Below are positions 10,335 through 22,506 of a DNA stretch of 50,824 bases, one piece after another. Position 1 is the first letter of the stretch, and the number at the start of each line of letters is the position of its first letter. A program made the position numbers and the translations under genes. The stretch is from an uncultured Oscillospiraceae bacterium (GTDB lineage Bacteria > Bacillota > Clostridia > Christensenellales > Aristaeellaceae), in contig CAZMGO010000002.1 in assembly GCA_964565845.1 (NCBI GenBank), positions 1-50,824 of the forward strand, written 5' to 3'. The notes under the pieces were generated by a model that did not search any database, had not been told where the DNA came from, and saw nothing but the letters and a program-made list of their open reading frames with translations.

Positions 10335-11768
10335 ATGTCTCAGGATGGAATCAGAGATGCACGCACGCTTGGAAAGCCGAAAATGCTGCTGCTGGGCTTC
10401 CAGCACATGTTCGCCATGTTTGGCGCAACGGTACTCGTGCCTGCGCTGACCGGACTTTCCGTTTCCTCGACGCTGCTCTTTGCCGGACTTGGAACGCTTC
10501 TGTTCCACTTCCTCGCGAAGGGTAAGGTTCCTGCGTTCCTCGGCTCTTCCTTCGCGTTCATCGGCGGCTATGCCGCAGTGCAGGCGCTGTTTGCGGACAA
10601 CCCCGATGTGAACTGGATTCCGTATGCGGGCGTGGGCGTCGTTTGTGCCGGCCTCCTGTACGTGGTACTCGCCGCGCTGTTTAAATCCTTCGGCGCGCGC
10701 AAGGTTATGCGCTACTTCCCGCCCATCGTGACTGGGCCGGTCATCATCTGCATCGGCCTCACGCTGGCGAACTCCGCCATCAACAACTGCGAAGCCAACT
10801 GGTGGATTGCCGCGCTTGCGGTGGTTATCGTGGTTTCCTGCAACATCTGGGGCAAGGGCATGGTCAAGATTGTGCCGATTCTGCTGGGTGTTGTCGGCTC
10901 GTATCTGGTTGCGGTGCTGCTTGCCGCCGTGTTCGGAGAGACGGTTGCCGTGCCCACGGGTGAGGTTATCGACGGCGTGGAGCAGACGAAGAACGTGATT
11001 TACGCCTTCGGAAATTCGTCCATGAAGCTGTTTGATCAGTCTGCCATCGACACAATCAAGAACGCCAAATGGATTGGTCTGCCCTTCCAGATGGAGGAAA
11101 CCGTCTTTGCGCTGTTCAAGGATTGCGATCTGGGCATGCTTGGAAGCTCGATTCTGATCATGATGCCCATCGCGCTGGCCACCATGGTTGAGCACATCGG
11201 CGACATCTGCGCCATCTCCTCCACTGTCGGCGAAAACTACGTTGCCGAGCCCGGCCTGCATCGCACGCTGATGGGCGACGGCCTTGCCACCGCTATGGCG
11301 GCGCTGTTCGGAGCGCCCGCGAACACCACCTACGGCGAAAACACCGGCGTGCTCGCCATGACGAAGGTCTATGACCCGCGCGTCATCCGCATTGCCGCCG
11401 TGCTGGCCGTGCTGTTCTCCTTCTGCCCGAAATTTGCGGCGGTCGTATCCGCCATGCCCACCGCGACCATCGGCGGCGTGTCCATGATTCTGTACGGCAT
11501 GATTTCTGCCGTCGGCGTGCGCAACGTGGTCGAAAATCAGGTGGACTTCACCAAGAACCGCAACATCATCATTGCCGCGCTGATTATGTCCCTCTCGCTG
11601 GGCATTAACTTCTCCGGCACCGGCAAGCTCGTGCTTGGCCCGATCTCCCTGACCGGTCTGGCTGTGGGCGCGCTGGTTGGCATCATCATCAACGCCGTGC
11701 TGCCCGGCAACGACTACCAGTTCGGCAAGAGTGAGCAGGGCGACACCTCGGTCAACTTCAAGGTGTAA
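10335..11768 (+). CDS. pyrP: Uracil permease (NCS2/NAT family)
   Basis: GFQHMFAMFGATVLVP signature. Multi-TM throughout, with an NAT-family ENTG motif (TYGENTGVL). Directly follows pyrR, as in Bacillus. Confidence 0.85.
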   Translation: MSQDGIRDARTLGKPKMLLLGFQHMFAMFGATVLVPALTGLSVSSTLLFAGLGTLLFHFLAKGKVPAFLGSSFAFIGGYAAVQALFADNPDVNWIPYAGVGVVCAGLLYVVLAALFKSFGARKVMRYFPPIVTGPVIICIGLTLANSAINNCEANWWIAALAVVIVVSCNIWGKGMVKIVPILLGVVGSYLVAVLLAAVFGETVAVPTGEVIDGVEQTKNVIYAFGNSSMKLFDQSAIDTIKNAKWIGLPFQMEETVFALFKDCDLGMLGSSILIMMPIALATMVEHIGDICAISSTVGENYVAEPGLHRTLMGDGLATAMAALFGAPANTTYGENTGVLAMTKVYDPRVIRIAAVLAVLFSFCPKFAAVVSAMPTATIGGVSMILYGMISAVGVRNVVENQVDFTKNRNIIIAALIMSLSLGINFSGTGKLVLGPISLTGLAVGALVGIIINAVLPGNDYQFGKSEQGDTSVNFKV

Positions 11769-11793
11769 TCCGTCAAAAACCGAAAAGCTTTTC

Positions 11794-11831
11794 TGCGTCC
11801 GCCATGCGCATTTCCGCGTATGGCGGACGCA
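11794..11831 (+). terminator. Stem-loop terminator after pyrP
   Basis: Perfect 12-bp stem TGCGTCCGCCAT / ATGGCGGACGCA with a 14-nt loop. The downstream T-tract is weak. Confidence 0.5.
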
Positions 11832-11892
11832 TAGCCTGTTCCGTTTCTGAATAGCATGGAAAACGATCCATGCTGGAAGAGGAGGGAACGGG

Positions 11893-12954
11893 ATGATTCA
11901 CGGCTGGAACCGGAAACAGACCTATCTGCTGGCTGTCGTTCTGATGCTGGTCTCCATGATGCTGCTGGCGGCGTTCGGCCCGTCCCGCGTACGCGGCGGC
12001 TCCCAGAGCGCGGAACCCACGCCGCAGGCGGAGGGCGGACAGGCAGATGCGGATTCCGCAGAGGCGGTGGAAGCGACAATAAGCACGGTGGTGTATTATC
12101 AGGACGACTACGGCTACCTGGTGCCGGTTACGCGCACGATTAAGGCCGAGGAGGGCGTCGCAAAGGCGACGGTCAACCTGATGGTCAAAAGCGTGTTTAA
12201 CGACATGGAGGCTGCGCGCATGGGGCTTCGCACGGTGATTCCGGAGGGGACGAAGGTTGATCTGGATATTTCCGGCGGACTGGCGCGCATTGACCTGAGC
12301 GAGGAGGCGCTTTTGTGCGCCGATGCGGCGGCGGAAAGCAACATGGTATCCGCCATCGTTCAGACGCTCACGGATTTTCCGACGGTTGATCGCGTGAAGT
12401 TTTTGATCGGCGGTAAGGAAGTGAAGGAGCTGCCGCATGGAACGAGCTTGAATAACGAGTTCACGCGCGGCGCAATCAATCCGGAGGGCGGCGCGCCCGA
12501 GGACAGCAAAAACGCCGTGACGCTGTATTTTCTGAACGACACGCCCAGCATCATCGTGCCGGTGACGCGCGCGGTGTACGGCAACGCGGATCTTCAGACC
12601 GCCGTGCTGGAGCTGGTGAAGGGGCCGAGCGGCGCATCGCCGCTGGAAGGCGTGCTGCCCTCTGACTGCGGGCTAATTGGAGTAGAGCTGAAAAACGGCG
12701 TGGCGAAAATCAATTTCACCGAATCGTTCATTCGCGTGGCCGAGCAGAGCGACGGCGGGCGCATGGCAATGAAGGCACTGGTGCTTACATGCAAAAGCTT
12801 TGACGATGTGAAGGACGTGCAGATTCTCGTTGAGGGGCAGCCCTATGATCCCGGCGAGGGCACGCTGGCCATGCCGACGTTTGTAAACAGTGCGGCGGAT
12901 ATTGCGGAGGCGTTCGTTCGCAGACAGTCGGACGAACTGTTTGACGCGGAGTAA
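11893..12954 (+). CDS. gerM: GerM-like sporulation/germination protein (two GerMN-type repeats, N-terminal membrane anchor)
   Basis: N-terminal TM segment. Two repeats start with VVYYQDDYGYLVPVTR and VTLYFLNDTPSIIVPVTR, and each has a L..GP-type motif (ELVKGPSG). The gerM ... rph-ysnA-ysnB neighbourhood is as in B. subtilis. Confidence 0.7.
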   Translation: MIHGWNRKQTYLLAVVLMLVSMMLLAAFGPSRVRGGSQSAEPTPQAEGGQADADSAEAVEATISTVVYYQDDYGYLVPVTRTIKAEEGVAKATVNLMVKSVFNDMEAARMGLRTVIPEGTKVDLDISGGLARIDLSEEALLCADAAAESNMVSAIVQTLTDFPTVDRVKFLIGGKEVKELPHGTSLNNEFTRGAINPEGGAPEDSKNAVTLYFLNDTPSIIVPVTRAVYGNADLQTAVLELVKGPSGASPLEGVLPSDCGLIGVELKNGVAKINFTESFIRVAEQSDGGRMAMKALVLTCKSFDDVKDVQILVEGQPYDPGEGTLAMPTFVNSAADIAEAFVRRQSDELFDAE

Positions 12955-12975
12955 GGATACGCAGAGGAGATTCCT

Positions 12976-14304
12976 ATGGAACACGTAAGAAGAGCGGACG
13001 AAATGCGTCCGATAAGGATTACCCCGGATTTCACCGAAATGGCGGCAGGCTCCGTGCTGATTGAGTGCGGACGCACGCGCGTTTTGTGCACGGCATCGGT
13101 AGTGGAGAATGTGCCGCCGTTTAAACGGGGAACCGGCTGCGGCTGGCTGACGGCAGAGTATGCCATGCTGCCCGGCTCCACCGAGCGCCGAAAGGAACGC
13201 GACGGCATTAAAAAGGACGGACGCGGCGTGGAGATTCAGCGGCTGATCGGTCGTTCGCTTCGCGCCGCATGCGACCTGACGCGGCTTGGCGAGCGCACGA
13301 TTTACATCGACTGCGACGTGCTTCAGGCGGACGGCGGCACGCGCACGGCGTCGATCACGGGTGCGTTTGCGGCGCTGACGCTGGCATGCGATAAGCTGAT
13401 AAAGCGCGGGCTGATTGTGGATTCGCCCGTCGTGCGGCAGGTTGCGGCCATAAGCGTGGGCATTGTGGACAATGTGCCGACGCTGGATCTGGAATATGCG
13501 CAGGATTCCCGTGCGCAGGTAGACATGAACGTGATTATGACGCGCGAGCCGAACGGCGAAATGCGCTATGTCGAGGTGCAGGGTACCGGCGAGGGGCGTG
13601 CGTTTGACAAAAAGGAGCTTTCAAGGCTGCTCGCGCTGGGCGAGAAAGGCGTGAAGGCGCTGATGAAGAAGCAGCTTGCGGCGCTGGGCGACAAGGCCGA
13701 GATCATCGGGAAAAAGCCGCGGCTGGTCGCTGCGACGCGCAACTTCGGCAAGCTCAAGGAAATAAAGGCGCTGCTGGGCGATCGATTCGACGTGATGAGC
13801 ATGGCGGAGGCCGGCGTTTCCGAGGATGCGGAGGAGACGGGCGCAAGCTTTGCCGAGAACGCCGTGATTAAGGCGCAGGCGCTGATGAATCAGGCGAAAT
13901 GCGCGGTCGTGGCCGACGATTCCGGTCTAGTGGTCGATGCGCTGGACGGTCGCCCGGGCATCTACAGCGCGCGCTACGCAGGCGTGCACGGCGACGACGA
14001 GGCAAACAACTCCAAGCTTCTGAAGGAGCTTTCCAATGTGCCCGTGCCGCGCACGGCCCGGTTTGCGTGCGCCGTGGCGCTGCTGCGTCCCGGTCACGAG
14101 CCGCTGGTGTGCGAGGGCACGTGCGAGGGCGAAATTGGCTTTGAAAAGAAGGGCGAAAGCGGCTTTGGGTATGATCCGCTGTTCATCTGCCCGCAGCTGA
14201 ACGGGCTGACCTTTGCGGAAGTGGGCGAGGAGCAGAAAAACCGTATTTCGCACCGTGCCAACGCGATTCGCGCGCTGAAGCGAGCGCTTGAGGCGGAAGC
14301 ATGA
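12976..14304 (+). CDS. rph: Fusion protein: ribonuclease PH (N-terminal, about 245 aa) plus RdgB/HAM1 dITP/XTP pyrophosphatase (C-terminal, about 195 aa)
   Basis: The Rph part carries RPIRIT.., GSVLIECG, CDVLQADGGTR. The RdgB part carries ATRNFGKLKE, ADDSGL, FGYDP, SHR. It is one uninterrupted 442-codon ORF. Confidence 0.85.
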   Translation: MEHVRRADEMRPIRITPDFTEMAAGSVLIECGRTRVLCTASVVENVPPFKRGTGCGWLTAEYAMLPGSTERRKERDGIKKDGRGVEIQRLIGRSLRAACDLTRLGERTIYIDCDVLQADGGTRTASITGAFAALTLACDKLIKRGLIVDSPVVRQVAAISVGIVDNVPTLDLEYAQDSRAQVDMNVIMTREPNGEMRYVEVQGTGEGRAFDKKELSRLLALGEKGVKALMKKQLAALGDKAEIIGKKPRLVAATRNFGKLKEIKALLGDRFDVMSMAEAGVSEDAEETGASFAENAVIKAQALMNQAKCAVVADDSGLVVDALDGRPGIYSARYAGVHGDDEANNSKLLKELSNVPVPRTARFACAVALLRPGHEPLVCEGTCEGEIGFEKKGESGFGYDPLFICPQLNGLTFAEVGEEQKNRISHRANAIRALKRALEAEA

Positions 14305-14759
14305 TTCGCATCGGCGTGATGAGCGACAGCCATGGACGGCTTTTAAACGTGACGCGCGCCGTGCGCGAAATGGGGCATGTAGACGCAATCGCGCATCTGG
14401 GTGACCATGACAACGACGCTTCCGAGATCGGAAGGCTTTCCGATGCGCCGCTGAGCGTCGTGTGCGGGAACTGCGATTGGTTTTCGCAGTTTCCGGCAGA
14501 GCAGCTGCTTGAGCTGGGCGGCATTCGCGTGCTGCTTACGCACGGGCACAGGCAGAATGTGAAGGAGGGCCTGACGGTTCTGAGCCTGAAGGCGGAAACG
14601 ATGAACGTGCAGCTGGCGCTGTACGGGCATACGCACATTCCAAGCGTGGAAAATGACGGCGCGTGCGTGTTCGTAAATCCCGGCGCGCTGCGTGACGGTC
14701 GGTATGCCATTGTGGAAATTGAGGATGGAAAAATTCGTCCGTTTTTGAAACAGCTGTAA
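14301..14759 (+). CDS. YfcE/MJ0936-family metallophosphoesterase (YsnB-like)
   Basis: Motifs GVMSDSHG, GDHD, GNCD, THGH and GHTH. ATGA overlap with rph-rdgB. Confidence 0.8.
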   Translation: MIRIGVMSDSHGRLLNVTRAVREMGHVDAIAHLGDHDNDASEIGRLSDAPLSVVCGNCDWFSQFPAEQLLELGGIRVLLTHGHRQNVKEGLTVLSLKAETMNVQLALYGHTHIPSVENDGACVFVNPGALRDGRYAIVEIEDGKIRPFLKQL

Positions 14760-14809
14760 ATGCATCGGCTGCGGATTGCCTGCGGGCAGCTCGCAGCCGA
14801 TGCATTTTC
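14758..14809. terminator. Bidirectional stem-loop between the convergent ysnB-like and sulfatase genes
   Basis: AAATGCATCGGCTGCG ... CGCAGCCGATGCATTTT forms a 14-bp perfect stem flanked by an A-run and a T-run. Confidence 0.7.
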
Positions 14810-14820
14810 GATGGGAAAAA

Positions 14821-17839
<3,019 letters not shown>

Positions 17840-17861
17840 TTCGCGGCGCGTACGGGCTTCG

Positions 17862-17897
17862 AGCGCGGCTTACGCAGAGCGTGCGTTTGAAGCCCGT
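17862..17897 (+). terminator. Possible terminator after guaB
   Basis: ACGGGCTTC ... GAAGCCCGT forms a 9-bp stem with an 18-nt loop, followed by TTCCGTATTT. Confidence 0.4.
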
Positions 17898-17962
17898 TTC
17901 CGTATTTCCACGCCGATTTCAAGCCGCATGCGTTAATTGACGGAGAAAATCACTCGGCGCGA

Positions 17963-17992
17963 TTGACAAACGCTTCCGATGTATGGTATATT
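17963..17992 (+). promoter_or_regulatory. Sigma-A promoter of the T-box leader (TTGACA - 18 nt - TGgTATATT)
   Basis: TTGACA at 17963-17968. TG at 17984-17985. -10 TATATT at 17987-17992. Confidence 0.6.
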
Positions 17993-18000
17993 GTTCGTAA

Positions 18001-18232
18001 TTGCTGGGAAGGGAAGAAGTAGCCCGCTTTTTTCTCCGAAAGAGATACGCCGGTTGGTGCGAGGCGGAAGGAGAGGCGCGGGGGAATACATCCCGGAGCA
18101 GGACGGGCGAAGAGTTTGTAGTCCGTCCCGGCTGCGCCCGTTACCGCGTGCATGAGGCCGGAGAATGCTTCCGGCGAACGGAAGTGGTACAGCGTTTACG
18201 GCGCCTTCCCCGATGGGAGGGCGCTTTTCATG
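18001..18232 (+). promoter_or_regulatory. T-box riboswitch leader, specifier codon UAC (Tyr)
   Basis: Stem I elements: GAAGAAGUAG, AG bulge AGAGA (18050-18054), distal loop UUGGUGCGA. Specifier loop GAA-UAC-A, with UAC at 18087-18089. Stem II is GGACGG..CCGUCC and stem III is GCCGGAG..CUUCCGGC. T-box sequence is GGAAGUGGUACAGCG (18180-18194). The terminator GGCGCCUUCCC-cgau-GGGAGGGCGC-UUUU (18200-18229) competes with the antiterminator GGAAG..CUUCC. Confidence 0.8.
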
Positions 18233-18255
18233 TATGTCCGCAGAAGGAGGAAGCC

Positions 18256-19443
18256 ATGGAGTTTTTGGAAAAAATATTTGCAAAGCACATGTCGCCGATT
18301 TCTGGCAGCGCGATTCGCGACATCTTCAAGCTGCTGGGAAGACCGGGGATGATTTCCTTCGCCGGCGGGAATCCGAGCAATCAGGCGCTTGAGCCGGAGG
18401 TGATTGCTCCGATTGCCGAGGAGGTTATCCGCACGGTGGGCGCGCCCATATTGCAATACGGCGCGACGGAGGGCTATATGCCGCTGCGCGGGAGTATTCG
18501 CGCGTTTCTGAAGGAGGATGGCATTGACTGCGCCGAGGAGGAGATTCTGCCCACGGAGGGCTCGACGCAGGGCATGGATTTGCTCTTGAAAACGCTGATT
18601 GACCCCGGCGACACGGTGCTGGTGGAGGATCCTACCTTTCTGGGCGCGCTTCAGGCGATTCGCACGTATCACGCGAACATCGTTCCCGTGCCGTCCGACG
18701 AAAAGGGGGTGATCCCGGAGGCTTTGGAGGATGCCATTCGCACGCATCATCCCAAGCTGCTCTACGTGATTCCCACCTTCCAGAACCCGACGGGACTGAC
18801 GCTGCCCATGGAGCGCAGAAGGCGCATTGCGGAGCTGGCGGCGCGGTACGGCGTGGTTGTTGCGGAGGACGATCCGTATCGCGACCTTCGGTATTCCGGC
18901 GAGGCGGTTCCCACGATCAAGAGCTTTGACCGGGAGGGCTGGGTCGTGTATCTGGCCAGCTTCTCCAAGCTGATTTCGCCCGGCATGCGCGTGGGCGCAA
19001 TGGTGATCTCGATTCCGAAGCTGATGCGCAAATGCGTGATCGGCAAGCAGTCCAGCGATTTGCACTGCCCGCTGATGACGCAGGCGATTGTGGACAGCTA
19101 TCTGAGGAAGGGACTTCTGCGGTCGCACATCGAGCGCATCACGGGCGGCTATCGCGCGCAGCTGAAGGCGATGCTGGACGGCTTCGCGTCCTTCCCGGAG
19201 GGCACAACGTACACGTCGCCGGAGGGCGGCCTGTTCGTATGGGCAAGCCTGCCGGAGGGTATGGACGCGCTGACGCTTCTGAGCAAGGCGATTGAGCGCG
19301 GCGTTGCCTATGTGCCCGGCACGCACTTCTATGCAAACGGCGGGCACGTGAACACCTTCCGCCTGAACTTCTCGAACAGCCCGGTGGAGAAGATTTCCGA
19401 GGGCATGGAGAAGCTGGCGGCTGTTATGAACGAAAACCGGTAA
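18256..19443 (+). CDS. PLP-dependent aminotransferase (class I/II fold; aromatic/2-aminoadipate aminotransferase-like)
   Basis: PLP-lysine motif [21 protein letters not shown] motif. ATG 18256 follows GAAGGAGGAA. The ORF-track start at 18001 would read through the T-box leader. Confidence 0.8.
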   Translation: MEFLEKIFAKHMSPISGSAIRDIFKLLGRPGMISFAGGNPSNQALEPEVIAPIAEEVIRTVGAPILQYGATEGYMPLRGSIRAFLKEDGIDCAEEEILPTEGSTQGMDLLLKTLIDPGDTVLVEDPTFLGALQAIRTYHANIVPVPSDEKGVIPEALEDAIRTHHPKLLYVIPTFQNPTGLTLPMERRRRIAELAARYGVVVAEDDPYRDLRYSGEAVPTIKSFDREGWVVYLASFSKLISPGMRVGAMVISIPKLMRKCVIGKQSSDLHCPLMTQAIVDSYLRKGLLRSHIERITGGYRAQLKAMLDGFASFPEGTTYTSPEGGLFVWASLPEGMDALTLLSKAIERGVAYVPGTHFYANGGHVNTFRLNFSNSPVEKISEGMEKLAAVMNENR

Positions 19444-19471
19444 CAAACCGAAAGGGATAAGGAGAAGATCA

Positions 19472-20707
19472 ATGAAAAACGCACTTGACATTCTGCGCGA
19501 ACGCGGCTTTATTGCCCAAACGACCTATGAAGACGAGCTGGACAAGGCCTTTGAAAACGGCCCCGTTACCTTTTACACCGGCTTTGACCCCACGGCGGAC
19601 AGCCTGCACATCGGTCACTACATCCCGATTATGGCCATGGCGCACCTGCAGCGCGCCGGACATCGTCCCATTGCGCTGATGGGCGGCGGCACCGCCATGA
19701 TCGGCGACCCGTCCGGCAAGACCGACATGCGCAAGATGATGACGGTGGAAACGATTGATGACAACGTGAACCACATCAAAAAGCAGATGGCGCGTTTCCT
19801 CGATTTTGATGAGAGCAAGCCGAACGCCGCCATTATCGTGAACAATGCCGACTGGCTGCGCAGTCTGAACTACATGAGCTTTCTGCGCGACGTGGGCGCG
19901 CTGTTCTCCGTAAACCGCATGCTGACGGCGGAATGCTACAAGCAGCGTCTGGAGAAGGGTCTCACGTTCCTTGAGTTCAACTACATGCTGATGCAGTCCT
20001 ACGACTTCCTGCAGCTGTTTGAAAAGTACGGCTGCTCACTGCAGACCGGCGGCGACGATCAGTGGAGCAACATGCTCTCCGGCGCCGACCTGATTCGCAG
20101 AAAGCTGGAGAAGCCCGCATTCGCGCTCACCTTCAAGCTGCTTCTCACCCATGAGGGCAAGAAGATGGGCAAAACCGAGAAGGGCGCGCTGTGGCTCGAC
20201 GCCGAAAAGACCAGCCCGTACGACTTCTACCAGTACTGGCGCAACGTGGACGACGCGGACGTGGAAAAGTGCCTTGCGCTTCTCACGTTCCTGCCGATGG
20301 ACGAGGTTCGAAGGCTCGGTGCGCTGAAGGACAGCCAGATCAACGAGGCCAAGCGCGTGCTTGCCTACGAGGTGACCAAGCTGATTCACGGCGAGGAGGA
20401 AGCGAACAAGGCGCGCGAGGCAGCCGAGGCGCTGTTTGGCGGCGCGGGCGCGGCAGGCTCCGCTCCCACCACGGAGATCAGCGAGGAGGAGCTGGCCGAG
20501 GAAAACCGTCTGCTTGCGTGGGCAGCGCGGGTTGGTCTTTTTAAGTCCAACGGCGAGGCGCGCAAGGCCATGCAGCAGGGCGGTCTGTACGTCGGCGACG
20601 ACAAGGCGACCGATCCCGAGATGCGCATTACCAAGGAAATGCTGGAGGGCGGGCTGCTGATTCGCCGCGGCAAGAAGGCGTATCATCTGCTTACGCTGAA
20701 GAAGTAA
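19472..20707 (+). CDS. tyrS: Tyrosine--tRNA ligase
   Basis: HIGH motif (SLHIGHY), KMSKS variant KMGKT, a C-terminal S4-like domain and RBS AAGGAGAA. It lies only 28 nt after the aminotransferase. Confidence 0.92.
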   Translation: MKNALDILRERGFIAQTTYEDELDKAFENGPVTFYTGFDPTADSLHIGHYIPIMAMAHLQRAGHRPIALMGGGTAMIGDPSGKTDMRKMMTVETIDDNVNHIKKQMARFLDFDESKPNAAIIVNNADWLRSLNYMSFLRDVGALFSVNRMLTAECYKQRLEKGLTFLEFNYMLMQSYDFLQLFEKYGCSLQTGGDDQWSNMLSGADLIRRKLEKPAFALTFKLLLTHEGKKMGKTEKGALWLDAEKTSPYDFYQYWRNVDDADVEKCLALLTFLPMDEVRRLGALKDSQINEAKRVLAYEVTKLIHGEEEANKAREAAEALFGGAGAAGSAPTTEISEEELAEENRLLAWAARVGLFKSNGEARKAMQQGGLYVGDDKATDPEMRITKEMLEGGLLIRRGKKAYHLLTLKK

Positions 20708-21343
20708 ATGACGCTCAAGCCCTACAAAACGCTGCTTACGCGGACAAGCGACGAATTCATTATCAACAAGTCCCGCTTTATCGGCTATGGAGCTCCGGCG
20801 GCCTCCGAGGAGGAGGCGCTGGAGTTTCTGGCCGACGTGCGAAGCGCCCACAAGGACGCTTCGCATCATTGCTATGCGTACGTTATCGGCGCGAACATGG
20901 GCGTGATGCGCTATTCCGACGACGGGGAGCCGGGCGGAACGGCGGGCATGCCGATCATCGAGGTGATGAAGGCGCGGCAGGTGACGAACGCGTGCGTTGT
21001 GGTCGTGCGCTATTTCGGAGGCGTGCTGCTGGGCGCGGGCGGGCTTACGCGCGCCTATACGCAGGGCGCGGTGACGGCAATCAACGCGTCGGGCGTGGGC
21101 GAGGTATCGCCGACGCGCAGGTATATGATGGAAATTCCCTATCCGATGCTGGGGCGAGTGGAGTATCTTTTGAAAAGCCTGCCGGTCGAAATCGAGGACA
21201 AGCAGTTTTCCGACGCGATTGTGATGACGCTGGTCGTGCGCGCGCGCGACGATGCGGCGTTTCTTTCGGCGGTGACGAGCGGAACCGACGGGCGAATCGA
21301 ACCGATTTTTATGGAAGAGATGTATAAGGCATGGACAGAGTAA
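20708..21343 (+). CDS. YigZ/IMPACT-family protein (UPF0029)
   Basis: KSRFIGY, HHCYAY and DDGEPGGTAG motifs. The ATG abuts the tyrS stop. Confidence 0.75.
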   Translation: MTLKPYKTLLTRTSDEFIINKSRFIGYGAPAASEEEALEFLADVRSAHKDASHHCYAYVIGANMGVMRYSDDGEPGGTAGMPIIEVMKARQVTNACVVVVRYFGGVLLGAGGLTRAYTQGAVTAINASGVGEVSPTRRYMMEIPYPMLGRVEYLLKSLPVEIEDKQFSDAIVMTLVVRARDDAAFLSAVTSGTDGRIEPIFMEEMYKAWTE

Positions 21344-22506
21344 ACGGAAAAAGACTGATTGCATACACCGCGTGCGTGTTTCTGGGTATGTGGCTGATGG
21401 CCTCGGTGCATGCGGCAATGGGCGGACTTCAGACGTCGATGATCGACGCATATTCGCTGAGCGATTCCGGCAAGGGCGTTCCAAGCGGCACGCTGACGCT
21501 GTTCAGCGTGATCGCGTATTTTGCCGTGCTCCTGCTGATTGGACGCGTGCACAAGGCGGGCATGCTGCTGGCGGGCGCCGTGATTGCGGCCGTGGGTCTT
21601 CTGCCGGTTCATTTCGAGCTTCCCTACGGCATGTTCCTCGCGGTGCTGGCGGCTGTGGGCGCGGGCGTGGGTATAACCGATGCGCTGGCATCCTCGAGCA
21701 TCAACGACCTGTACACCGGCCCTGCGGGCGCGCGCATAATGTGTGCGCTGCACGCGACATATGGACTGGCGGGCTTTGTGATGCCGTTTATCATTCGCGC
21801 GATGACGGGCGCGGGCGTGAGCTGGCGCAGCGTGTTCATGACGCTGGGCGTCGGCGAGCTGCTTGCTGCCGCAGCCATTCTCGCGGTAACGCGGGGACAC
21901 ACGCGTGAGCTGGAGGGCAGCACGGCGGTTCGTCCGGTAACGGTATCGGATGTAAAGAGCTACTTCGGAAACAAACGGCTGGTCGGCTTCTCGGTCGTGA
22001 TGTTCATGGTCGGGCTGTATCTGAACGGCGTGCTCGTATGGACACCGAGATACATGGAGCTTGGTCTTGAAAGCGATTTGAGCGCGTTCGTGCTTCCGGC
22101 GGTCTATCTGGGTCTGACGCTTTCGAGACTGCTGATGGCGTTTGTGCGCGTGTCGATGATGAAGTACATCCGCATAACGCAGCCGCTGGGCGGCGTGTGT
22201 CTGGCAGTCGCCGTGCTTTCGCACTCGGTGGTCGTTTCGCTAATTATGATCTTCCTGAGCGTGTTCTGCATGGGTCCCGTGATTCCGTTCACCCTGAACC
22301 TTGCCGGGCGCGAGGACGAAAAGAAGCGGTTCATGATTACCATCGTTGCCATGCTGATTATGATGGCGGGGCAGACGGTGTACGCGCCCATTTACGGAAA
22401 GGCCGAGAGCGTTTTCGGCGCGGACAACGCGCTTCTGCTTACGGCGGGCGTGCAGCTTCTGACCGGTATAGCCGCGGCGCTTGTGCCGGGGGAAAAAAGC
22501 AAATGA
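21331..22506 (+). CDS. MFS transporter
   Basis: About 12 hydrophobic segments in a 391-aa protein of MFS-like length and topology. No substrate can be inferred. Confidence 0.65.
   Translation: MDRVNGKRLIAYTACVFLGMWLMASVHAAMGGLQTSMIDAYSLSDSGKGVPSGTLTLFSVIAYFAVLLLIGRVHKAGMLLAGAVIAAVGLLPVHFELPYGMFLAVLAAVGAGVGITDALASSSINDLYTGPAGARIMCALHATYGLAGFVMPFIIRAMTGAGVSWRSVFMTLGVGELLAAAAILAVTRGHTRELEGSTAVRPVTVSDVKSYFGNKRLVGFSVVMFMVGLYLNGVLVWTPRYMELGLESDLSAFVLPAVYLGLTLSRLLMAFVRVSMMKYIRITQPLGGVCLAVAVLSHSVVVSLIMIFLSVFCMGPVIPFTLNLAGREDEKKRFMITIVAMLIMMAGQTVYAPIYGKAESVFGADNALLLTAGVQLLTGIAAALVPGEKSK

Noticed and set aside
11832-11892. A possible sigma-E-type promoter upstream of gerM (GAATAG ... CATGCTGG).
   Set aside because: The match to the ATA-N(16-18)-CATACA-T consensus is weak and the spacing is ambiguous. 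It cannot be supported from sequence alone.
22197-22502. Long N-terminal extensions of ORF-track entries: the RluA-like ORF from 22197, the OYE ORF from 50064, the spoIIGA ORF from 43163, the aminotransferase ORF from 18001, the guaB ORF from 16226 and the pyrR ORF from 9639.
   Set aside because: The extensions overlap neighbouring genes or run through leaders, terminators and promoters. They lack homology-like motifs. Internal ATG or GTG codons with good Shine-Dalgarno spacing give proteins of canonical length.
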